DNA from: a virus
Taxonomy: Duplodnaviria; Caudoviricetes
Length of the DNA stretch: 47,033 nucleotides
Strand: one strand, 5' to 3'
Virus record (IMG/VR): IMGVR_UViG_3300043411_000506
Span: 1 to 47,033 of that record
Part shown: piece by piece, positions 9,044 to 16,796 of the stretch
Numbering within the stretch: the stretch's first letter is position 1
Layout of the letters: every line of letters begins with the position of its first letter
Made by a program: the position numbers and the translations under genes
Notes under the pieces: model-generated
The model's input: the letters and a program-made list of their open reading frames with translations, nothing else
Databases searched by the model: none
What the model was told of the DNA's origin: nothing

Positions 9044-9703
9044 ATGCGCGGAGTCTACACCATTGAACTAATTGGCACGGGCCGATGCTACGTCGGAAGC
9101 ACCAAGAATACCACAAAACGATGGCGAGATCACATCAAATCACTTCGACTTGGCACTCATCACTGCTCGCATCTCCAGCGTGCATGGCTCAAATACGGTG
9201 AGAAAGCTTTCAGGTTCGACCTGGTTGAGGAGGTTCCGTTGGGCATTTGCCTTCTTGAACGAGAGCAGGAATGGATGGACAAAACGCTGGAGAAGTTCAA
9301 TACCTGTCCTAAAGCTGGATCGCCTCTTGGCATGAAACTAACAACAGAACAATGTGAAAAGATTTCCAGAGCACTAAGTGGAAAGCCAAAGTCAGACGCA
9401 CACCGCGCTGCATGCTCAGAAGGTCAGCGGATTAGAGCAAAGAGACCAGAAGAGCAAGAGCGGATTGAAGCCTTCGCCAAGAATCGACTTGGAAAGAAGG
9501 CGTCAGAGGAACACTCACGCAACATGTCAATTGCTCTTAAGGAGGCGTTCAAGGCCAGACCCTATGATGGTGGCAAGAACCCAGCGGCTCGACCATGTCG
9601 ACTTGGTAAGAAACGCTTCTCGTGCATCAAAGAAGCGTGTGAGAAGACGGGGTTGAGCAAGTACAAGCTAAAGCTCCACCCTGACTTTTCCTACATCAAG
9701 TGA
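9044..9703 (+). CDS. Free-standing GIY-YIG homing endonuclease with NUMOD3-like tail
   Basis: GVY...YVGS...RWxxH, REQ and NxxxxAG motifs; KISRALSGKPKS repeats; own TAAATA at 9008-9013. Confidence 0.9.
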   Translation: MRGVYTIELIGTGRCYVGSTKNTTKRWRDHIKSLRLGTHHCSHLQRAWLKYGEKAFRFDLVEEVPLGICLLEREQEWMDKTLEKFNTCPKAGSPLGMKLTTEQCEKISRALSGKPKSDAHRAACSEGQRIRAKRPEEQERIEAFAKNRLGKKASEEHSRNMSIALKEAFKARPYDGGKNPAARPCRLGKKRFSCIKEACEKTGLSKYKLKLHPDFSYIK

Positions 9704-10211
9704 GAATATCCCCCACCGTGCGCCCGCCCAGATAGCGCCACAAATCATTGGGTCCAACGACTACGCCACGAGAGGTGGTTTTGCCGTGCATCTTGCCGGG
9801 TGAAATGGCATGAACGACTGCACTCGCCTTCTCAACTGCTGGGTAGATGCACGAACCCTTCTGCTCCCAATTAGCGACACGAATAGGGGCGGTGATGAGC
9901 TTGCCGTCTTCTGGTGAGAACACAAATGCTTCATGTGCGAACGATGCGCAAGCAGTTACTGGAACCGCGTCAACGGTGTACGTCTCACGATCAACGATCA
10001 GAATGTTCCATGCGCCGGGAACCTTGACTTCAGAGTCTTCGATCAGCAAGGTGACTGTTGGACCGAGCGTCTCTTCAAGATACGTGATCTCAGTAAGCTT
10101 GAAGTCAAGTTGCTGAGCACTGAAGGTCCAGTGAAAGCGACTGCCTTGTGGCAACGGTGCTGTCAATGAATCGATGACGTAAGGACGGTTGATTTCGCTG
10201 AGGATAATAAT
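9696..10211 (-). CDS. Phage hypothetical protein downstream of uvsW, probable ATT start
   Basis: The frame is open upstream of the TTG at 10166, with no ATG/GTG/TTG before the next in-frame TGA. GGAG (10219-10222) lies 7 nt before ATT (10211). Confidence 0.7.
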   Translation of the reverse strand: MIILSEINRPYVIDSLTAPLPQGSRFHWTFSAQQLDFKLTEITYLEETLGPTVTLLIEDSEVKVPGAWNILIVDRETYTVDAVPVTACASFAHEAFVFSPEDGKLITAPIRVANWEQKGSCIYPAVEKASAVVHAISPGKMHGKTTSRGVVVGPNDLWRYLGGRTVGDILT

Positions 10212-10272
10212 TTTGGCTCTCCATGCGCCGCCAACGCTAAATAAAACAACGATTCATTATTGACGGAACATC

Positions 10273-10359
10273 ATGAACCATTACATTTACGTCTATTGTA
10301 ACGAAGAAACTGATGAATTTGTAACGACCTTCGGGACACTACCAGGGTTACCTTTCTAA
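10273..10359 (+). pseudogene. N-terminal remnant of a GIY-YIG-type gene
   Basis: MNHYIYVYCN... (28 aa) downstream of TAAATA at 10238-10243; resembles the MTFYVYTY start of 14539..15165. Confidence 0.4.
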
Positions 10360-10428
10360 AGTCAGTAACGAGCTTCAGTTCGGCTGGTGTTTCAGGTGTG
10401 GCGATGTTCACCACGAATTTCCAGTTGC

Positions 10429-10734
10429 TCATAGCGTTACCTCTGGGATATATGGTGAGCGCCAGCCCACGAGCTGCACAGCGTCAGGATTTGTGATCCG
10501 CACGATTGCGAGTTTACCGTCGACATACATGAATGCCAGCCGATAATCCTCAGATTTCCAATCTTCCCAAGACTTGGAAGGCACAATGGTGCGGCGTTTT
10601 GCTGCCTCTGTCTTGAGTTGCTCGCGCGCGACATCCCAGAGTCTGTCATATTGAACCCCCGATCGATGCTCAACGCCCATACGCATTACGCGTTCAACAA
10701 CTTGTTCATTCGTAATCATCTTATGCTCCATCAT
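10429..10734 (-). CDS. Hypothetical protein
   Basis: About 100-aa ORF in operon orientation; start uncertain. Confidence 0.6.
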   Translation of the reverse strand: MMEHKMITNEQVVERVMRMGVEHRSGVQYDRLWDVAREQLKTEAAKRRTIVPSKSWEDWKSEDYRLAFMYVDGKLAIVRITNPDAVQLVGWRSPYIPEVTL

Positions 10735-10806
10735 TGACGATGTTCACGCTTGAAATCGAAAAGTTAGAGATGACGCCGTGTTCATCAAAGATTTTTCCTT
10801 CGTAGA

Positions 10807-12216
10807 TCATAGCTTTGCCTTCACTGTCTTCAGCACCGTGTATGATGCCTCTTTGTAGAATTTGATGCGCTCACGCGCGTGCTTCTTGCCGAACTTCAGG
10901 CCACTGTGCACATCGGATACGTGTACGAAGTCCTTGTCATGCCCCTTGCGAAGACCACGACCAATGGATTGAATGGCTCGGACAAATGACTTCCCAGCAT
11001 CGATCAAGCACAGGTGGAAGATCCGGTCAATCGAGATACCTGTTGAGGCAATGCCTGCAGTCGCAAGCACAATCAGATCGTCACGTTCAGCGAACGTCGA
11101 GTACCATTCAGCTCGCACTTCAGTTTCATCTGCACCGCACAGGAAGATCGAGTCCTTGATCAGCTTCTGGAGCTGTTGACCTTGCTTGATGCTGTTCACC
11201 AACACCAACGTGTTCCCGTGCTCAGCAGCCTTTGCAATGATCAGGTCCGCAAGGAATTCCAACCGATCACTTGAGCGGCTTGTGTACGCCTTCTCAGACG
11301 CATAATCTGGGAACTCCTCATCCACGCTCTCTTTGATCTCAATTGGTTGGATCTCGAGATTCGAGAGGTACCCCATTTCGATGAGGCTTGCTGCATCGAT
11401 CCTGTACAGGATGTCACCAATAGACCCGCGCAGCGTGTACTGGTCTGTCAACGGCTTCGGCCACGTGCCAGTAAACCCGTACCGATAGGCGATGTTCTTG
11501 CCGTGGTTGGTCAGCAAATCGCCAATTGTCGCTGCCTTAGCACCATGTGCTTCGTCAACGATGGCAACTTGGAAGTCCTCCATCACTGTCGGGTTGTTTT
11601 GCAGTGCTTGCCACGTAGCGATCACGTGTGGTTGGTACAGGTCTTTCTTCGCACCAGAGTACAAGCCGTGCTGGATCCCACAGAGTTTGAACGTTTGCGA
11701 GGTCTGCTCAACGAGGTCCGACGATGGCACGATGGTAATCGAACGGTACCCTTCAGACCCAAACACGTCGCACATACCGGCCACCATGATGGTCTTACCG
11801 GCGCCTGTCGCAGCGATCACAAACCCTGAGCCTGCGTCGAGCGCAGCGTTGACTGCTTCGAGCTGGTATGGACGAATGGAAATCGGCACTTGCGATTTTC
11901 CGTCAAACCATTTTTCGTGCAGACGGCCTTCAACCAGGGGTACTGGGCGACGTTCGTCATGGAGCTCGACTTCATAGCCCCACTTTTCCAGGAACGGCAG
12001 GATGTCAGGCAAGAATCGCATGAAGACCTTGCCAGTCTTCTCGTAGAAACGGATCTTGCCGTCCCAGCGACCGAGCTTGTACGCGGGCATGAAAAAGTGC
12101 CCGTCGACAGGGATACCGAACTTGTTGTACAGGAACAGTTGGTCTTCTGGCTCAACACCAGTGACCGTCATGTAAACTTCATCGCGTACCCAGATGTGAG
12201 CGATTTTCTTCTTCAT
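10807..12216 (-). CDS. uvsW: UvsW-like SF2 DNA helicase
   Basis: WDGKIR, RPYQ, ATGAGKT, DEAH, GFTGT and QSIGRGLR. Confidence 0.95.
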   Translation of the reverse strand: MKKKIAHIWVRDEVYMTVTGVEPEDQLFLYNKFGIPVDGHFFMPAYKLGRWDGKIRFYEKTGKVFMRFLPDILPFLEKWGYEVELHDERRPVPLVEGRLHEKWFDGKSQVPISIRPYQLEAVNAALDAGSGFVIAATGAGKTIMVAGMCDVFGSEGYRSITIVPSSDLVEQTSQTFKLCGIQHGLYSGAKKDLYQPHVIATWQALQNNPTVMEDFQVAIVDEAHGAKAATIGDLLTNHGKNIAYRYGFTGTWPKPLTDQYTLRGSIGDILYRIDAASLIEMGYLSNLEIQPIEIKESVDEEFPDYASEKAYTSRSSDRLEFLADLIIAKAAEHGNTLVLVNSIKQGQQLQKLIKDSIFLCGADETEVRAEWYSTFAERDDLIVLATAGIASTGISIDRIFHLCLIDAGKSFVRAIQSIGRGLRKGHDKDFVHVSDVHSGLKFGKKHARERIKFYKEASYTVLKTVKAKL

Positions 12217-12626
12217 GCGACCTTCATCTGGAAGTGGCGCTCGAGGTTGTGCTTGCGCACATACGACATTACGTCTGAAGGAATCATGATGACGCGGTTC
12301 GAAATCATCGTCATCAAGAACATGATGTTCGTCAAGTCCTTAATGGTGAATGGGATGTTGGCGTCAGGCGCGAATGTAAGTTCAACATCATGACCGCTTT
12401 CGGTGGAGTTGAACTTCAGCACAACATCGCTCGAACCAGTAAGCTGCATGCTCATCATTGGCTTCGTTGGAACGAGAGCGGTAGATGCAATTGTTCCAAA
12501 AGCGAGATCGCCTGCGGAAAATCCGTTCAGCCCACCGTTTAAGCTGTACTGTGTGGTTGGCACCGAAACATTACCAGTGTTGTAGCTGGTGTTCTGAGGT
12601 GTTGGGGAGTAAGTTCCGTTTGGCAT
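12213..12626 (-). CDS. Hypothetical protein
   Basis: Start MPNG at 12626 overlaps the uvsY stop; its stop overlaps the uvsW start. Confidence 0.6.
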   Translation of the reverse strand: MPNGTYSPTPQNTSYNTGNVSVPTTQYSLNGGLNGFSAGDLAFGTIASTALVPTKPMMSMQLTGSSDVVLKFNSTESGHDVELTFAPDANIPFTIKDLTNIMFLMTMISNRVIMIPSDVMSYVRKHNLERHFQMKVA

Positions 12627-13102
12627 CAGATAATCACGTCCTGCATTTCTGCGACGCGAAGTTTGGTGATGTGACCCAACATCCAACCCATTTGCTTGAT
12701 GGCCTCAACGATTTCGTCGAAGTGTTGTTGTTTGAGGTTGGCTTCAACGATGAGTTGATTCAGCTCTACAACGTCCTTTTCACCTTGTACGTACAAGGCT
12801 TGCTCACGAGCGCCGAGTGCGCGAGGAGAGTTGTTGTAGTTCTTGACATGCCTAGACTCCTTACGAGTCTTTTCGATCTCCAACCACTTCACAACGGCGC
12901 GGCACTCTTGAGCGCGCTTCGCGTAGAAAAACTGATGGTGCGGAATATCACGTGCAAGCTTCTCAAGCCGTTCGCCTTCAATGTCGAAGATCGGTTCAGC
13001 TGCTTCAATTTCTTGCTGCCACTGTTCGAAGAACGAAGGAAGCTCAGCTTTGAGGTCTTCATTCGTTTCGCCCAGTGCGAAAAGGTTGATTGATTTTGTC
13101 AT
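12626..13102 (-). CDS. uvsY: UvsY-like recombination mediator
   Basis: 158-aa helical protein between uvsX and uvsW with C-terminal AIKQMGWMLGHITKLR. Confidence 0.75.
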   Translation of the reverse strand: MTKSINLFALGETNEDLKAELPSFFEQWQQEIEAAEPIFDIEGERLEKLARDIPHHQFFYAKRAQECRAVVKWLEIEKTRKESRHVKNYNNSPRALGAREQALYVQGEKDVVELNQLIVEANLKQQHFDEIVEAIKQMGWMLGHITKLRVAEMQDVII

Positions 13103-13173
13103 TCTTCAGAGGCCAGTCAGGGCGTTGTTAAATTGTAACAACGCCCCGTTACAATTGCGGATTTTAACCGGGA

Positions 13174-13356
13174 TTACTCGGCGTCGTCCGCAGACTTCTT
13201 GACCAGGCTGAAGGCCTGCACAGCATCCTTAGCAATGCGCATTGCCTTGCCAACGGATGTTGCCACTTCAGTTACATGCACAACGCCGTTGTCCGTGTGC
13301 TTTGGGTACTCAACGACGAAGCCGCCGACTACTGGGGAGATTGTGATCTTTTCCAT
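13174..13356 (-). CDS. Small hypothetical protein
   Basis: AAAGGA SD then ATG (MEKITISPV...), 60 aa. Confidence 0.6.
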   Translation of the reverse strand: MEKITISPVVGGFVVEYPKHTDNGVVHVTEVATSVGKAMRIAKDAVQAFSLVKKSADDAE

Positions 13357-13399
13357 GATGATTCCTTTCAAAGTTGGAGGGCGCTAGGCCCTCCCTTGT

Positions 13400-14539
13400 T
13401 TACTTCTTACCGCGCTTCTTCGCTGCTGGAGCAGCGTCGACGTCAACTTCAACTTCGTCGTCGTTCAAGACGGCTTCGAGTTCTTCTTCAGTTGGTTCTG
13501 CTTCCTTGCGAGCCAGCATTGGCTGACATGCAGGGTGTTCCAACAACCGAAGAGCGATCTCATTCGTGAGTTCCTTTTCCTTGAAGACGATGCGATCCAA
13601 GATCACTCCGTCCTTGTCGGTGATGGTACACACGTACGACATCTTTTCACCGGGCTGCGTACCCTTTGCGATCACGCCGTCAGCTTCCAGCAACTCAAGC
13701 AAGCCACTGAATGGTGACATGCCCTTGTTATAAGGAACTTCCAGTTCAACCTTGGTGCCCAACTTCGCGAAGCGAGACTTGTAGGTCTCAAACCGCATGC
13801 GAACACCAGTGACTTCGCCTTCTTCCTTGAGCTTCAGCTTCGTGACGATGCCGATGATCGAGACAGAGAACTTAGTCGAGTTCGTGATTGCCCAGGCACC
13901 GTCACCCATCATGATGTCTTGAGGGTACACGTGGTCTGTAAGAACCATCGAGACCGGCAGACGACCGATGTTGCCGACAGCCAGGCGGAGCATTGCCTTG
14001 CGGCGCTTTGCGAGCTGACCTTGGTCACCCTTGACGACGCCCTTGTCGTAGTTCTCCATTTCGGTACTGGACGACAGCATAGCCAAGGAGTCCAAGACGA
14101 TCAACGTCTTCTGGGCTTCCATGTTGTCTTTGCCGTATTCCTTCTTGTACCCACTGAAGAACTCAGAGAGGATCGCGTTCACGTCTTCGATCGTTGCGAC
14201 CGAGATGTATGTGAGCGCTTCTTCCGAGACGTTCACGCCAATTTTGGCGAGGTAGTCAACGTCAATCGCGTGCTCAGAGTCGATGTACAGGATGTGATAG
14301 CCTTCCAACTGCGCTTGACGGCAGAGGTTGGCCGAGATGAAGGACTTACCCGAACCAGAAGGACCTGCGAACAGAGTCAGCTTGCTGAGAGGGATACCCT
14401 TCTTGAAGTCGCCAGACAAGGCGCGGTTGAGAGCATAGTTGCCAGTGGACAACCACGATTCCGTAGTTTTAATGCCGACACCAACGGTGTCGAGTTTCGC
14501 TACTTCTTTTTTGAAGTTCGCGAGAAATGGCAGACCCAT
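13400..14539 (-). CDS. uvsX: UvsX/RecA-like recombinase
   Basis: STGNYALN, GPSGSGKS, YIDSE, LDSL and KSRF. Confidence 0.95.
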   Translation of the reverse strand: MGLPFLANFKKEVAKLDTVGVGIKTTESWLSTGNYALNRALSGDFKKGIPLSKLTLFAGPSGSGKSFISANLCRQAQLEGYHILYIDSEHAIDVDYLAKIGVNVSEEALTYISVATIEDVNAILSEFFSGYKKEYGKDNMEAQKTLIVLDSLAMLSSSTEMENYDKGVVKGDQGQLAKRRKAMLRLAVGNIGRLPVSMVLTDHVYPQDIMMGDGAWAITNSTKFSVSIIGIVTKLKLKEEGEVTGVRMRFETYKSRFAKLGTKVELEVPYNKGMSPFSGLLELLEADGVIAKGTQPGEKMSYVCTITDKDGVILDRIVFKEKELTNEIALRLLEHPACQPMLARKEAEPTEEELEAVLNDDEVEVDVDAAPAAKKRGKK

Positions 14540-15165
14540 TATTTTACCTTTCGTAAAAGAATCTTAGAAACTTGTCCCTGAGAAAGGCCGACAATTTCGC
14601 CAATCTGTTTCTGTGTTTGTCCAGCAGCGTACAAAGCGTCTATTTCAGGATATTGCGCTTTCTTAATTTTGCACGCTGGATTGTTGTCACCTCGCACACC
14701 ATTGCTAATTTTGGCCTTGTGAGTTTCGGAAAGCTTTATTCCTGTTCCACGTGAATGTCCAGTATGACATTCACTAAGCCTCTGTTTAACTTCATCAGAA
14801 TGTGTTCTTCCGTAAAATGGATTCTTGTCACCTGTTTTCCTCCGCATTTTGGTTTTAAAGTCATCAGAATGTTTGTATCCTGATGCTCCATCACCGCCAT
14901 CGGTTAGATTCCAGAGCGGGCCGAGGCCTTTATCCTCTCTACCATTAAGCGCTATAAGTCTAATTTCTTCCGCAATTGCAGAAGATTCGCTGTCGCACTC
15001 AATAATCACGGGGAGAATCCAGACTTTTGACTCTTGGAAGTGCTTCCTAAGAAACCTCCCAAGATGAGTGTCAGTCTTTCTGTGTGCCCTCCACCTATTA
15101 CCTTGACCCTTGCCGACGTACCGTGGCACGCCGTCAAGGATGTAGGTATAGACGTAGAACGTCAC
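14539..15165 (-). CDS. Free-standing GIY-YIG homing endonuclease (NUMOD3 + C-terminal HTH)
   Basis: YVY...YVGKG...R, NLTDGGDG, NPFYGRTHS and HTH TQKQIGEIVGLSQGQVSKI; visibly AT-richer than its neighbours. Confidence 0.88.
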   Translation of the reverse strand: MTFYVYTYILDGVPRYVGKGQGNRWRAHRKTDTHLGRFLRKHFQESKVWILPVIIECDSESSAIAEEIRLIALNGREDKGLGPLWNLTDGGDGASGYKHSDDFKTKMRRKTGDKNPFYGRTHSDEVKQRLSECHTGHSRGTGIKLSETHKAKISNGVRGDNNPACKIKKAQYPEIDALYAAGQTQKQIGEIVGLSQGQVSKILLRKVK

Positions 15166-15185
15166 TTCAGCAATCAGCTCACTCC

Positions 15186-16103
15186 TTAGGCGTCGCCAGC
15201 TTGGGCAGCCTTAGCAGCTGCGGCGCGTTGACGCAGTTGTTCAACAACACTCAGCTTTCCACCAGTTGCTGCTGGTGCAGCTGCTGGTGCAGATGGCTCG
15301 TCATCACCATCGTCATCGGAGCTTGCCAGAGCGGCTGCAGCCTTGAGCGGGGCCTTGGCTTCGGCAGCTGGAGCCTTAGACTCAGCTGGAGCTTCGTAGG
15401 TGCCACCAGTAGAAGCAGCAACCAACATGGCTTCAACAGCAGTGCGATCGATCTTCGCAGTGCGGTACTCGCTCAGGTTGAACAGGTTCATCGTGGCGAT
15501 AACGTCGTCGCTCACATCAGTTTGCTTCGGTGCGAAGTTCGATGTGGTGTACGAGTTCTGGCCAGAACCGGTCTTGGTCTTGCGGAAGCGGAAGTTGTAG
15601 CCACCCTTCAGCTCGTATGGAGCTTCTTCCAAGTCTCCCGACTGGAATGCGGCTTGAATTTGCTTGAAGACTTGTGGGCCGAATTCGATGAGCTTGACCA
15701 GTTGGTTGGCATCATGATCGATTGGCGTTTCGAGAACCAGCACTTGGCCGATGTAGCTCTTCTTGCGGTAGAACTGCTTGCCCAGTTCTTCGTTGTACTC
15801 AGCACTGTTCTTGTCGTAGAAGCGGGCGCTCAATTCGCAGATTGGGCAAGCTTCGCCGTACATCTTCAAGCATGCGACAGTTTCGCGCTTGCCGTTGATG
15901 GTGAGAGAGTGTGTGAGGTTTTCGACGAGGAAGCCCATTGGGTTCTCTGCGTCAGCGTCTGGAAGGAAGCGAACGGTCGACACTGTGTCGGTTTCAGCTT
16001 TCCAGAACGGGAAGAACAGCTTCCATGTTGCATTGCCCGAACCTTCGGACGTCTTGCTGGAAAATGCTGCGGCCAGGTCGGCCAAGGAACGCTTGGTGGT
16101 CAT
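15186..16103 (-). CDS. 32: gp32-like single-stranded DNA-binding protein
   Basis: VRFLP, H...CLKMYGEACPIC Zn ligands, GYNFRFRK and a low-complexity acidic C-terminus. Confidence 0.9.
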   Translation of the reverse strand: MTTKRSLADLAAAFSSKTSEGSGNATWKLFFPFWKAETDTVSTVRFLPDADAENPMGFLVENLTHSLTINGKRETVACLKMYGEACPICELSARFYDKNSAEYNEELGKQFYRKKSYIGQVLVLETPIDHDANQLVKLIEFGPQVFKQIQAAFQSGDLEEAPYELKGGYNFRFRKTKTGSGQNSYTTSNFAPKQTDVSDDVIATMNLFNLSEYRTAKIDRTAVEAMLVAASTGGTYEAPAESKAPAAEAKAPLKAAAALASSDDDGDDEPSAPAAAPAATGGKLSVVEQLRQRAAAAKAAQAGDA

Positions 16104-16438
16104 AAAAACTCCTAAATGTAGAAACTATCAAACAGATAAATTTGTCAGCGATTGCATGACAAACTTATTTAGCGGCTGCCGCCGGTCTGTTCGATTTTGC
16201 TGCGCGTCATTTGTAACGACGCGATAGATGAATTGTAAACGGGAATGCGTTTTGCGCATCCCTATGTGGGGTCGAGGATGCTTCTCGCGAGGGTTGATAG
16301 ATTCACCCAGGTGTAGGCCGGCCTACACCGTTCTCACCATCATGCGTGACCGGCCAACGAAGAAATCGAATTCGTAACGGGACGGCGACACGAGGCGACC
16401 CGCGTGCTCACCACGCTGTTCGATGAAGCGCATAACAA

Positions 16439-16462
16439 ACAAGGGACCCGAAGGTCCCTTGT
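16439..16462. terminator. GGGACC-N4-GGTCCC hairpin, copy 1
   Basis: acaagggacc-cgaa-ggtcccttgt (UUCG loop on the minus strand). Confidence 0.75.
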
Positions 16463-16515
16463 CATCGCCGGGTGAACCGGTTTAACGTGTCAGCAGTGCT
16501 GCTGTAGGTGCAGTA

Positions 16516-16635
16516 TCAGAGATTGTGCGACGCGAGACGAGCTTCAAGTTCCTCGATCCTGGATGCCATTTCTTGCATTGCCTTGATCATTGGGGAAATC
16601 AATTCTTCGTAAGGTAGAATCAATCCCAGGATCAT
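16516..16635 (-). pseudogene. C-terminal remnant of a peptidase S74-type intramolecular chaperone (fibre) domain
   Basis: LPYEELISPMIKAMQEMASRIEELEARL*; lies between TAAATA (16757-16762) and hairpin copy 1, out of frame with the ATG at 16723. Confidence 0.6.
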
Positions 16636-16768
16636 CAAAATCTCCGGCCGAATCATTAGATCGTTGGATCTTCAAAAGTGTAGGGAACGTATTGGCTGGG
16701 ATTCGCCCTAAAAGTGTCGTCATAAAACCTCACTCGCACTGAGTCTCGCGTGTGGGTATTTATCTGTG

Positions 16769-16794
16769 AAAAAGAAGGGGCCTAGGCCCCTTCT
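16769..16794 (-). terminator. Intrinsic terminator of the LamG gene
   Basis: agaaggggcctaggccccttct palindrome followed by a U run on the minus strand. Confidence 0.75.
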
Positions 16795-16796
16795 CG

